From Zygnema circumcarinatum SAG 698-1b (Eukaryota > Plantae > Zygnematophyceae): a stretch of DNA of 64,000 nt. Position numbers and translations under genes: made by a program. The stretch's first letter is position 1. Every line of letters begins with the position of its first letter. The stretch is taken from NCBI GenBank assembly GCA_037447605.1, contig CM074809.1, positions 2,532,689-2,596,688 on the forward strand, in the 5' to 3' direction. Shown one piece after another: positions 13,620 to 26,130 of the stretch. The notes under the pieces were generated by a model. That model saw nothing but the letters and a program-made list of their open reading frames with translations. It was not told the DNA's origin and did no database searches.

Positions 13620-14164
13620 GTCCGGAAACCTGGCATAACTTACAAAACAACTGAACCGTGTTTGCTCCGCCATGCGATTGCCGGTTGACTCAAATTCTCT
13701 CTGTTGCGTACTGTCTACTTGCATGCGTCTTATGCATGCATACAATTTTCCCCGGGAACGCTGCAAGATGGCAGCCTGACTTTACGACGTCGGGCACCAG
13801 CTGGCGGAGCCACAACCAGTGGGCCCCGGCCCTTTTTGGGCAGGCTCCCTCACCTCCTGCAGGGCCAGGCCGCGGCTTGGAGGGAAGGGGGAAAGAGAGG
13901 GCCACGTAGGCACAATATAGCTGCCACGTATGCAGTGGATACACGTGGCTCCCTGTGATTGGTCTTTCGCATCTGCAACGGATCTCGATGCCAGTACGCC
14001 CACACTGGTAACCGGCCGGTGCCCTTTCGAAGGGCGGTTTGTGCCTCCACGAGGGCAGCGGTCGGTCGGACTCACGACGTGATCGGATGGATGCACATGG
14101 ACACGACGAAATGTAGAACCGGAAGGGGAACCGGTCACAAGGAAGCTCCTAGCTTTGCTCTTTT

Positions 14165-14310
14165 GTGCTTAGGTCCTTATGTGACCAGCTCTTCGTGGTT
14201 CCCCATTGATTTCACGATGGGGAGGCCATCGAATGTACATGGACAAAACCAGCATGGGGAACCACGAGGGACTGGTCACAATGGACCCAGGGAAACCTAC
14301 GCCTAGGCTC
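14165..14310. mobile_element. Fold-back repeat family B, copy 1 (possible MITE-like element)
   Basis: ttaggtccttatgtgaccagctcttcgtggttccccat is inverted relative to atggggaaccacgagggactggtcacaatggacccagg. The core gatttcacgatggggaggccatcgaatgtacatggacaaaa matches copies at 25.9-26.1, 33.95, 42.17 and 57.7 kb. Confidence 0.6.
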
Positions 14311-14906
14311 AACCTCGCAGCCCTCACAAGTGACCCAGGAGCAAAGGTTTGCTTTGAGCGGCTGGAACGTGGTGTGGCTGGGGGTCACACTGCGAGATGG
14401 TATACTCGTGTTGCTACGGCACGTTCGTGAATGCAGAGTTCTGCTCATACTGCACATGCCAAATTCGGCTCCAGATAGAGGAAGTTTTGCATTTTACACT
14501 CGGTTTCAGGATGGCAACGCTTGACCACTTGGGGCAAGTTCGATGACGTTTATTGCTTCGATGACTTTCTTTTCCAAAAAGTAACACTGAAGGGCCTCAA
14601 GCAGATTGCCACCCCAGGTCGTAATCAGAATCAAATCTGGAGCAATTGCTTTCGCTGGAAGGGCGAACAGGGCCAGCCTGCGATCACTAATCATACAATG
14701 ATTTTCCAGTAATATATTTTCAAGTCAAGAATGTGACAAGGACAGCGAGCACTATGCATTGGTGCTGCTTCAAACTGTGCTAATGTCAACAGGTATTGAC
14801 TCTTACTATTAACAAAAAAATTATGCACACCAAACGTGGCCTCAACCTGCACAGTCTCAAAGAATATACTGCTAGTGGTACATAAATACAGGGACCCCTA
14901 TAGAAT

Positions 14907-17900
14907 TTAGAACTTAAATGTTAACTCAACATCTTCGTACCCAAACTGGGCCCTATGAGTGTTATAGAGTACATGGACGGCTTTGAAGTAGTCATCTCTT
15001 AAAGCATCCACCTCCTCCTCTGTTGGATTTGGAGTAGTGAAAGCAGGAGCAATGGGCTCCCCCACCACAAGTGTAACCGCTTTTGCTCGCGGCAACGGCA
15101 AAAACCCTAAGAATCCGAAGGGCAGAAAAGGAACCGGAAAACCAAAACGCTTGTACGTGTACCTCTGCAGTGAAAATGCAGCACAGGTGGGACCATTACC
15201 TTATGACAATAGAACACAAATAGCAGCATAGCATGCACCTATTTCAAACATAGTTTAAGATCTAGAATCAGAATCAAAAAACCCAGCTCCCTTCCGTCAA
15301 AAATGCAAACTTTAGCCACCTTCCACCACTAGTCATATGCATACTCCCTAACCTTCTCTTCTTTGAATTGGACAACACAACAAGGTCACAGAGAGACGCT
15401 GGCATGCTCCAAGGGTGTCCTTCACTTTTGCTACATTCTTCTCCAGTGCACACCTGCAGTGCAGGCCAATGTAGGAGATTGTCGAACAGCTTTGATTCTC
15501 CAAAACTAAAAATGGGAACCAACGATGCTCCTGTTCTCATTGCCATGCGAATGAAGCCTTTGTGGCGCGCACAAAGAGTGACTATCCCCTCTTGCTGCTG
15601 CATGTGGTAGGCCAGCTCCGACTGCAAACCCGGCAAACCAATTCCAGCCCGTCAGGACCTTACATGTCAAAAAAGTAGAGGACATCCCGCCTTCGGAGCA
15701 TACTACTTGCCTCCATGCATTCAAACTCCCAACATTCCTCTCAATATGCAAAAAAATCACCTAAAAAAGTATTCACTTTTGAAACTGCCCACCTGTCCTC
15801 CCGGACATAAAATCACCGACTTCTTCTCTGCGAGTGCATTCTCGAAAACATTCTTCGAAACCTCCCTCATACCCGCCCACATATTCAAGTCTCTCAGAAA
15901 TGGAACCCGAAAAACAACAGAAGCTGCAAGCCCGACCGGGTGCACTTCTGGAAAGAGGTTTCGCCATGCGGATGTGAGGTGAATCCAGGCGATGAAGGAC
16001 GGAAAAAGACCATGAGGCTGAGCCATTTCACCAAGTGCACACACGTTAGTTCAGTCGTGTCAAATGAGATATAGAAATAAGTCAAGTCAATAGTTATACA
16101 ATGAAACACCGTTATAAGTGAGCCATATACAAATTAGGAATTGAACTCGTCAATATGCGCTAGAATTGACTCAGACTCAGAATTCTGAAGTCGACTGGAA
16201 CGTAATCTTATGATTCCAATACTCCCCTGTTGGTAAAAGGAACGTGTGACGGAAGCCGAGTGCCAACAGTAAGAGGAGACAAGTGAAACAAACGCCACAT
16301 ATGATGCAACTTGAAACAGTCCGACTTTGCCTTTCACCCATCCGCAGCAGCTAGGGCAGATTCTGCACAAGGAGATGGTACATGTGAGACATACATGAAA
16401 TCCAAATATGTATTTCTTAGAAGGTGGAAGAGGTTGCTCCGACTCCCTCACTATGCGCACTCCTCTGAAGTGCAGCAACGATGCCTCCTCCAGCCATCGA
16501 GAGAACCTGCAATACCATAGCCAGAAATAAGTAAGCAAAGTTCGACTTGATCCGCATTTTTTCAAACACAGCAACCACATTCCTGAAGTGAAAGTCAATA
16601 ACAGCACCCGCATTTCCCGCACAATCTGTTCAATGATGCTGCTGTCATGTGGTGATTGACGTCCTATCCGAGTAGTCATTGGTTGCACGGACATGTTGTA
16701 CGCACATTCACACGAACCCGAGCAAGATATCCTATGTCTAGCAGAGGCAAACATGTCTGCAGGTGGTCCGAACAGACCACTTACGGGCCTTGCAACGCCC
16801 GCCATGTCCTGCGGCCCGTCCTCTCGGGCCGGCCCTGGAATGTGACTCCGTACGGAATCGCAAAAGCGAAAATTACAGCAATAGCCCAGCTCGTTGGGAG
16901 GGTCATAAATAAAGAAAGGCAAAGCGAAATACTAAATATGTGATTGCAATAAATTACAGAGAGCAGGGCCAATGACTGTGCCCTTACTCCAATCCACCAC
17001 AAATAGTCAGAGAGAGAGGCCTCCGGAAGGTTCCATGGCCCAAAAAGAGCAGTCTGCTTTTGCCGAGAACTCCAATGGGGAGGCTCGACGGTGGCTGAAG
17101 GATGGCCCTTTGCGCACTTGTTATACGTCATTTTTTCCACGGGACTGAGAAGCGGTTGAGGAACAGGGACTTCGCTGATGTCATCAATCGCAAGTGAAGA
17201 GGCTATGTGAGAGTGGTGGTCTCTGTTAGCATCCTGGACCTCACCATGGCCTTTGTCATAGGTAATCAATTGTCTGACGTTTGAGAGAGGATAGTCTAAC
17301 TCCGTTTGTGTGGGAGATTCGAAGATATTCGCTGCATCCTCTTGCAATTCCGTTGAATATTCTGAATCTAAAGGGGGCGCAAAGGAAGAGCCCAAACAAG
17401 TCTTGGCAATCTTTGAGGGGATGTTTGATGAAGAGAATAACCACAGAGAGGCAGCCACCTGGAGGGGAAAAGCAAGAACAACCCCAATCGTGATGAGAAT
17501 AGAAGACTCAGCCGAACGTCAGCTGAATACTTTCCAGGGGTCGAGTGAAAAAGGAAGTGTACCCTAATAATGTCCGATAATTTGCAAGGTAATTATGACG
17601 AACTCACCAGTGTCTCCGACAGAAAGCCGCAGACTCCGGCAGCGAGCAGGAGGCCTGGAGGCCAAAACAGTTCCATGTCTGCCCGTTCAGAATCAGAATG
17701 GTTCACCCACTGATTCCCTCCACGGCCCATACATTCTCTGCGTGCTGCTGCGATGGAGAACATGAGGAGTGGCGCTGCCGACGGAAGTAGTGTGAGGCCA
17801 AAAAACGACCACGCCAACGCCTGCGTGAGAACAAACGCCGCGCCTCCATGAAACGGCTGCCAAAACCGCCAGCCGCGAGTCCCATGACGCCAATGGCCTC

Positions 17901-18624
17901 CGACACCATGGGTTGTCAGGACTGCACAACATAGGACATCTCCGTTTTGTGGATTGAAGGGTTAAGGGGCATAGAAGGGAGGACTGCAGAATTGAGAAAA
18001 TGCAGCCGTGTTCAAATGCATCGATGGAATGCCAGGACAACCAGATTAAAGTAAACACGAGTTTTTATCTTGGTGGAGGGAATAGTCAACATCGGCCAAA
18101 AAGTAATGGGAGATGTGTGCAAGCATCAAACGTGGAATCTGCTATTAGAAAAAGAAAATCCTTGAGAAACCTTTCATGCTGAAGGTAGACGAAAGCGTAG
18201 GGGGCACTCACGATGGAGTAGAAAACTCGCATTTGGAGTACTTTGTTAAAAACAAAATGAAAACGCAGCAGCAGAGGCAGCGCGCAGCTGAAAGAGTTTT
18301 CCCGGATTTTTCAAGATATCAAGTAGCTTGAGATGCCCTCTAGATCTCAATCAATCCAGCAATCTCCATCCTTGCTTCATCGAAATTTGAGTAGGGAGAT
18401 GAAACAAACAGAGGCGGCACGTTACCTGCCAGAAAGAGTATGGAGGCTCCCAGCCCTAGCAGGGGTATCCTATACTTTGCTTGGAACTCAGCGCCTGCAA
18501 GCAAACCGAGTGCCAAGAAACTGAGGACTACGTTCCAGAAGACGAAAAGCGCCCACCAAATGTCATCCTTTTCTTGTGGGGTAACGTTTCCCTTCTTTGC
18601 AGACGATGGCACCTCCACTCCCAT
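14907..18624 (-). CDS. DGAT2: Type-2 diacylglycerol acyltransferase with a long hydrophobic N-terminal extension
   Basis: Spliced motifs KKYIFGFH|PHGLFP (HPHG), VILCPGGQ|SE, RHKGFIRMAMRTGASLVPIFSFGE, PLPRAKAVTLVVGEPI. All junctions checked are phase-compatible. ATG 18624, stop 14907. Confidence 0.93.
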
Positions 18625-18759
18625 TTTGACATCAGTTAGAGTTGAGCTGCAGGGACATTGATCAGTTAGAACTTGAGCCGCTCCAGATTCCGGAGACTGA
18701 GGTAACCGCCTTACTGCTCCGCTTTTGGATGTCAATTGAGGCCTCGCGCCCATCCCTCC

Positions 18760-18890
18760 TCTCCTAATTTTTTTCCCCTATTCCCTCCTTTCAATCCTCC
18801 CTCTCTCCCTCCCTCCCTCCCTCGCTCTCTCTCTCTCTCTCACTCACTTTCCTCCCTCCCATTTCTCTCCCTCTCCCCTCGCCCCTCCCA
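18760..18890. repeat. CT/GA-rich low-complexity tract at the DGAT2 5' end
   Basis: ccctccctccctcgctctctctctctctct-type sequence. Similar tracts sit at most gene 5' ends in this window. Confidence 0.8.
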
Positions 18891-18939
18891 CGCGAGGCGC
18901 AAACACTCGACAAGACGTCTGCAGGGGCAATACAAGACC

Positions 18940-19282
18940 GTACAGTTCTGTACTACAGTACTGTACAGTAACGCACTCAACGACAATACCGTACAAATGT
19001 CGTTTCGTACGGTATATTTCCTGTGCTTGAAATGACAACAGACTGATGACGTGGATTAACCATAGGGATCCACGTGTACCATTTCCAGTCCAACACGTCG
19101 CGCTTGGATTAAACAGAGTGCTGACGTGGAACGAGCTGAAAGCGGCCGGGCGGCAGCGTTTGGCGGGTTGCGGCTGGCGGCCGTTCAGACCGGAGTCACC
19201 GGAGTCACCGGACAGGGCCGACCGTCCGTACACTCGTGCCGGATTCGTACAACGCTGACGCCGTCATGCCGCCGTATGGTAC
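18940..19282. promoter_or_regulatory. Cluster of 10 GTAC cores (SBP-box/CuRE-like) in a divergent promoter
   Basis: GTAC counted at 18940, 18950, 18958, 18963, 18991, 19007, 19076, 19228, 19247 and 19279. About 1.3 expected in 343 bp at uniform base composition. Confidence 0.55.
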
Positions 19283-19321
19283 GGTAACGCTTGCTTGCCG
19301 CAGCTCAAGCACGGGGAGGCG

Positions 19322-19392
19322 AAGAGCGAGAGAGAGAGAGCGAGAGTGAGAGAGAGAGAGAGCGCGAGAGAGAGAGAGAGCAGAGCAGGAGA
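19322..19392 (+). repeat. (GA)n microsatellite in the 5' leader of the microprotein gene
   Basis: gagagagagagcgagagtgagagagagagag directly upstream of ATG 19404. Confidence 0.9.
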
Positions 19393-19403
19393 GCGGAGGA
19401 GCT

Positions 19404-19655
19404 ATGGGGCAACCGCCGCCGCGTCGCCCGCCGCCTCCGCCCGACCCCTTCCACCACCCGCCACCCCCGGGAGGCGGCTACCATCCGCCCGGCCCTGGAG
19501 GGCCTGGACATCCCGGCCCTGGAGGGCCTGGACATCCCGGCCCTGGAGGGCCTGGGCATCCCGGCCCTGGAGGCCCGCCGGGCGGTGGATTCGGGCCAGG
19601 GGGGGGCGGCGGGCCACATGGAGGAGGACATGGAGGACCGGGTCCGCACCGCTGA
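19404..19655 (+). CDS. 83-aa Pro/Gly/His-rich microprotein with HPGPGGPG octapeptide repeats
   Basis: Single-exon ORF with ATG after a GA leader; 24-nt unit cccggccctggagggcctggacat x3 plus a partial; 9 His; no signal peptide. Other frames over this GC-rich repeat are also open, which lowers certainty. Confidence 0.6.
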   Translation: MGQPPPRRPPPPPDPFHHPPPPGGGYHPPGPGGPGHPGPGGPGHPGPGGPGHPGPGGPPGGGFGPGGGGGPHGGGHGGPGPHR

Positions 19656-21207
19656 TGGCATGCTCGCATGGCGATGATGGCCTCAAGAAGGCGCTTCTTT
19701 TCTTGCAGTACGTGGGGATATTTGAAAACTGCGCAGTGTTTGTGAAGGGGTATTGCAGCGATGGAAGTTCGGCAGCGACATGAGCACTTATTGGGGCGGT
19801 TCTTGTAGTTTGAAAACTGAAAGATGGTGTTGACTAAGATTTTTCTGGAGGTCATTTGTCATTAATTAGGGGCAGATGAGATTTCCGCGTCAGCAGAGTA
19901 TGTAAGCTTTGATTGGTGTGCAGTCACGGCAGAGTGCAAAATATGTTCAAACAGTCGCCACCAAGAAAGATACAAGTTTTTATTCCAGACGATGCCTTTC
20001 ACCATGGACTTACACTTGACTGCATCGCTTCTTTCTACTTTCGTTGTCGTCTTGTCAACGTTTGGTGACGAACCTATTGGGAAAATGGTTTCCTATTCTG
20101 GTCACAAGCTGATTACGGGCACTGGTTTTTGCACCTCTATGAAGCATCTTTAACGAAAAAATATATGGGACGCGTTTACAAGATATTCTTTCTTTCCAAA
20201 GCCAGGCAAGAAATTAAATTATGGACCCTGCTCTGATCACGTGGTTTATGCAGCAATGGAAAATGTCTGGAGATGGCAAGTAAATCATCAGGATTGGAAA
20301 TGGGAGTCAAGAGTTTGATTCAGCCGACTGTCCAATGCATTCATCTCAGTTTGAAGACTATCGATTATCGGGAAACCACGAACAATCAAATAGTCGACTT
20401 CTAATCAATCGGTGTAGGGCGAGGGCTAATCAACACAAGCCTCCCAGGAGAGCAGATGATGTAGACCCCCCCCCCAAGCCCTAACGGGTGCCGGAAGGTT
20501 TTCAGGCCTTAAGCACCCACAGGCTGCACAGCGCATCGCTCTCACTTTTCTCACTTCCACAGTCGACAGAGAATCGCTGTGTCTACTTCGAAATCCGAGG
20601 CCGATTGGGCCTCCGGAAGTCGGAAGAGGTCCGTTAAGGATCTAGCGTGAAATACGGAGTTGAAAAATCAAAATTGTAACTTGACCTTCTTGAAACTCGT
20701 GATGAATTTATCTTTTGATGGGCAGGGTACTCAGACATGGACGAAGCACAATGACTTCGTGTTTCTTAAGATTTCAACCAACGCAAGTCGTTCAAGTTGC
20801 ATTCACACAACAGATAGTTGAAGCTTCAAAAGGCTTTACATGGGACAGCATGGCTTCATGGCTCAGATAAAAGGAAGTCATTCATTGAGAAAACGAAGAA
20901 TTTTTATTGGAGCATGCATGGCATGAAGGCTTGTACTGCCATGGCGCTGAAGGATGCCATGCATCGCTATTGTTGTCAGTCTACGTATGTTTCACACACG
21001 GTAAACGCCCATTCGCCTTACGAGCATATGCAGTAGGCTCTTGTCCGCCGACCTCTGCTTGAATTAGTGTTTCATCCAGCCAAGAACACAAAGCGTAACC
21101 GTTAGGATACCCCACCGTTTCCAGACTCGTCTTGTCCAGAAACGGTGGTCGTACACCCATGGCAGCTATTTACTAACCTGACCCTTCATCAAATTAATTC
21201 AAAAGAA

Positions 21208-24200
21208 TCAGATATTCAACTTTTCCACCCAATATCTCATCTGTTCCGCCACCTGCGCCGCTCCTGTCGATCCGTATGATTGAAATTTAGTTATCGAATT
21301 TTCAACTCCGAGGAATGTATACACGTCTTCTTCAAAAATGGGGTCGAGGCCTCGGAAATCATCCAAAGACAATGCCTGTAATTCGCATCTCCTTGAGACC
21401 GCTAATGCCACTGCTCGTCCAACTACATCATGTGACGTCCTGAAGGGCATCCCCTGTGAAGAAGGAAAGACGTGACACGGAGCAATAGGCAAGTCGATTA
21501 GCAGCAACACAGTTGAGAACACAGAAGCTTAGAGTACATCAAAAGCGAAACCAGCCAGAGGGCTTAAAAAGCCCGAGGAAAAGCCACCTAACAACTAACT
21601 GTAAGAAGATGAGTCACAGTTATCGGAAATGTCTGTCCTTCGATCCAATGCTCACCTTGTAGACGAGATAATCTGCAAGGGTCGTGGCATCCAGGTGTCC
21701 TGCTGGCAGTGACTGCTGCAAACGCTCCTTATTGAAGGTGATGTTGGCTGCAAACTCTGCGCTCACTTCCAGCACGCCAAGGACAGTCTCCACACTGTCG
21801 AAAAGCGGCTCCTTGTCCTCCTGCAGAAAACCAAGATGACGGAAATTTATGCCGACCGACGAAGCTAAGAAACGACGGACACAAACATCTAACACGAGCC
21901 ATAGTCAAAGTTAACCGCATTGGAAACTGCAACAAGATTTTTCCATTTTCCAGGTGAATGTAACTCAGTAAGCCATATGTGTCCTACTGTCCACACAGAT
22001 GGAAATACTGGTTGCGATGACTCGCTGATTGAGTTACTCTATTTAAAAAACCCGATTTACTTCATGGTGCGGAAGATGAACATAGTACGGGAATGTTTCA
22101 TGTTTCATTTGGGCAGGAAAGTCACCTGCAAGTCCCTGTTGTAGGCCAATGGCAACCCCTTGCAAAGCACAAGGAGTGTGGTTAGATCCCCAATAACTCG
22201 TGCTGATTTCCCCCTTACAAGTTCCATAGGATCTGGATTTTTCTTTTGGGGCATGATGCTGCTCCCGGTCGACACGCGATCACTTGGCGTAATGAACCCA
22301 AACTCTTCGGTGGCCCATAAAACCCACTCTTCTGCTAGGCGAGAGGTGTGGATAGCGATGATAGAGTTCGCAGAGAGCAGCTCGATGAGGAAATCACGGT
22401 CAGACACACCATCTACGCTGCAGGGAGTTACCATGTAGACATGAAGAGGTTTTAGTAATCGCACATAAAGCAGGAAGGACTTTCAGCAGTAAAAAGAAAG
22501 TGTCCAAATTTGTGTGCACAACCCACACAATCACCTGCACGAATGAATGGAGACTTGCCTGTTCCGTAGAGGCGCCGTGAAACCTAATGCTTGCGCTGTG
22601 AAATGGCGGTCTATGGGCAGACCCGTGCCAGCCAATGCACAGCTTCCTAGTGGCGAAAAGTTCAATCGTGTTCGGCAATCAGCTAATCGTCCAGCATCAC
22701 GTTCCAACTGCATGCCTAACAACACTGCTGACCATTAGCCACGAGGTGAAGGCCAAGAGCTTTCATGACAAAAGAACTTTGCTGACTGCCACCTGCAAGG
22801 AGTTCAATGACGTCGTCCAAAGATATTGCAGAAAAGTTCGTCTTCCAGCCGCCAGTAAGACTCCTACTCTGTGCCTAGGCAATTTCTTCACGCAGTTCCA
22901 CACTCTTCTTTGGTAACTGTGCAGGTTTTCCGAATAAGACGATATTTTGCGGATGAAATTCCCGAATTTACTCAAGCATCCATCACTGTTTCAGCTCCAA
23001 CCTTTTGGAACGGATTCATAGTGTCAAGAACTTCATATCAACCTCCCTCCCCCAGCACTTCCAGGACAGGAGTACTCACCATCTCAACATAGGCTAGGAG
23101 CACATGCTGCAAAAGCAGTGGCTGCGCTCTCTGTAGATGCGTGTATCCCGGAACCACCAACCCCTCATTTGCAATAGCCAGCTTCACCAGTGCCACCTGG
23201 CATCACTCCAAACGTTCTGTCAGAGGGCAAGATGCGCATGGAATGAAAGCGGGGGGAAACTCACTTAGCATAAATACACCTAAGGGCAACACGCTTCCAC
23301 GCCACGTATCCTGGCAACTCTGTGGGATGCTAACATTTAAAATAGCAGCTCTCGTTCTTATACTACTAGCGTTGGTCGTCAGGCTTTCTAAGTCACCCCT
23401 TGAATTTTGTTTGTATACAGCCAGTCATAGGAGATTGCCATTCGGGGCAGGTCGCCCCCATCCATCAAAGCAGAGCTTCAAATCAAGACGGCATAATCTA
23501 TCCTTTCATACTGTCAGATACATCAAACAAGCCCACGCGTTTCAAACGCTTTCCCTCAAAAGCCTCACCTGCAACTTCTGAATGTGATCAATGAGCTGAC
23601 CAATGGCATCACGGCACCAAAGGCGCACATCTGTCACCACTTGGTCATTGCGACTACGAGCCGTGTGAAGCTTCTTGGCAGGTTCCCCGATGAGATCTGT
23701 CAGGGCAGCTTCGATGTTCATGTGCACGTCCTCCCGATCTGCTCGCCACTCGAATTCGCCATTCTCAATTTTTTGTTCAATTTCATCAAGCCCCCGCAAG
23801 ATTGCGTCTTTGTCTGACTCAGACATGAGACCCTGCTTGTATTAGTCACCACACAAAGAATGCGAAGGTTAATTTCAATTTGGCTGATAGGACACCTCAT
23901 TAACTGAACAGTTTGCTCAGAGGTCAAAGATAATAGGGGAAAACCCTCGAAACAGAAACCAAGTTGCAGGTAAATTCAACCTCATTTTTGTCATACAAAA
24001 ATGAACCCTCACAAACACTTCCACAACATGGCCTCTCCTAGAGTCAGCCAGCTCCTATATCTCTTCAGACAGTCAACAGACAATTCTAAACCCTATTGCA
24101 AGTTAAGTGCCAGAATTCTCCGAAGTGCACAATTTCAATGCCAGGCTCCCAGACACAAACTAAAGTGTCCAGCACAAAAGATAATTATGAATATTTCATC

Positions 24201-25344
24201 AGACCCCATAAGACAAGCATTGAAACAGAACGCTAAATATTCAAGTAAAAGGGAAAGCTTCCACATGTCCAAAATTTTGGGGTCCTATCTAGACTCAGAA
24301 TTCTCCACTTTTAATCATATCATCTACTCCTCAAAGTGATAATGCAGCCTCTAAACAATTTAATAAAAAGAAACAATTGAGCTCTAGCATTCATGACAGC
24401 AGGTTAAAAGCTCTCTAGTAGGTATCTATGGTTGTGATTTGCACACCAAGACAAGAAACCATCCTTTCATTTAGAATAAGGACCTTTCTCCTTTTAATCA
24501 TATTTCTAAAAAATAATCTCGGCTAGAAAGGGAAGAAGATAAATTCAAAGAGCAACAATACACCTATATAAACAAACGGTTAATCTCCTCAAGACGTGCC
24601 TCTGTTGGCTTCCGCTAGATAGTACATGCCAAACTAAGTACGCCTCTCATTGTGCTCCATCACGAACAAGAGCCTGTTGTGACTAGAAAGGATTTAACTC
24701 CTTAAGCAAACCGACAGCCCGCCAAAACTTATCACTAAGTTTTCTTAGAACAAGCGAGAATGCCACTGCAATCCTCTGGGTGTGATTAAAAGTTACGGAA
24801 GCTGGCACAATTGCTTGGCACTAATTCGACATTCTCTCTTTATGCAAGGTCGTCGTTAGCAGTTAAAGACCCTTTAGCAGGTCTCAAACTTCAGAAGACG
24901 ACAGCACACAACTTTGAGCCACAGAAAATACAAAATACGCAACAGGCAACTCTGAGTTTCCAGCTTTTAATTTACACTTCGAAGAGACTCTCGTTTTCAA
25001 AGTACCTGTTTTGCAAGCATGCTGGCGTGTGCGCGGCTTCCCTGTAAATCAAACTTGTAAAGTTTTTTGTCGTATGAGACAGACTGGCCGAACTTCTCAA
25101 CTGCGGGAGTGACGGAATCTTCAAACCTCCCTCCCCACAGCTTGGCTTCCTTCGCATCCTTATCTGTTGCAACCGACATCATGGCTGTGCCAACGCTAGA
25201 AGCTGGAAATGCTGCTGACAGCGCGCCTGACGCCACGCCCCGACTGGAAGGAAGCGCTACACTGCGCAGAGTCCCTCGAGATGCGACTGTAGGAGCTCCC
25301 ACCGCTGCTGCCAGCTGCAAACACCCCCCGGGTCCTGCGGCCAT
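21208..25344 (-). CDS. ASL: Argininosuccinate lyase with probable plastid transit peptide (7 coding exons)
   Basis: [65 protein letters not shown] (fumarate lyase signature), [12 protein letters not shown]. Ala/Ser-rich N-terminus from ATG 25344. Confidence 0.97.
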
Positions 25345-25885
25345 GGCGCCACGTCCACGCTCCGCTAAGCAGCCTGACTCCTCTTCTCTCCCGCCTTTCC
25401 TCCCTCCCTCGTTCCCTCCCTCGTTCTCTCTCCCTCCTTCCCGCACAGACAGGCTTCTCCTCAGCAGCAGCAGCAGCTAGCCTGAAGTTTGAAGCGGAGG
25501 GCAAGCACAAGTCAGCTCGTCCCCAGGAGACGGTTGGATCTTTCGCACGCGCGAGAGGCCGTCGGTGCGGCGGCGGCGGCGGCGGCGGCGACTCGCCGGA
25601 TCCACCGCCACGCGGCGGGGCCCCGCGCGGGATCCACTGCCGGCCAATCGCTGCGGCCGGAGCGGACACGTGGCTTTCGCTTGGACTTGCGGCGCCGCCT
25701 TTTTTACACGCAAGGTGCCGTATGGTACGGGGGGGGGGGGGGTGCGAAGGCCGCCGGGAACACGACACGGCAGACTTGACTTGCGGAACATCGAACGGAA
25801 GGTTTCTTAGGGCATCGCCATCGTCAGATCAATGCCGCCACATCATTCTTCTTCAAGGATTCTTTCAATACGGAAAGGGAAAGAT

Positions 25886-26130
25886 GCGACCAGTTCCTCG
25901 TGGTTCCCCATGCTGATTTTGGCAATGTACATTTGATGGCCTCGCCATCGTGAGATCAATGCTATTTCCCCCTTCCCAAGAAAGGAAGTGGCATTGATCT
26001 CACGATGGCGATGCCATCAAATGTATACGGACAAAATTAGCATGGAGAACCACGACGAACCGGTCGCAAAGGTCCTAAGGACAAAACGAAAAAGCTATGA
26101 GCGAAAAGCTACGCCTAAGCTCAACAACGC
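25886..26130. mobile_element. Fold-back repeat family B: 77-bp inverted arms (25886-25962 / 25991-26067) with a 28-nt loop
   Basis: Reverse complement of the left arm, gcattgatctcacgatggcgaggccatcaaatgtacattgccaaaatcagcatggggaaccacgaggaactggtcgc, aligns without gaps to the right arm with about 10 mismatches. Confidence 0.75.

Noticed and set aside
13399-13688. Antisense and alternative-frame ORFs with poly-Ser, (MT)n or (IV)n (also 52815-53562)
   Set aside because: Shadows of acidic coding tracts on the real strand.
19653-19745. Selenocysteine or readthrough at the microprotein TGA (frame stays open 29 codons)
   Set aside because: The extension has no recognisable motif and I could not identify a SECIS-like structure.
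20460-20645. GC-rich patch with small hairpins, possible tRNA/ncRNA
   Set aside because: No cloverleaf, A/B boxes or recognisable snRNA/snoRNA motifs; insufficient evidence.
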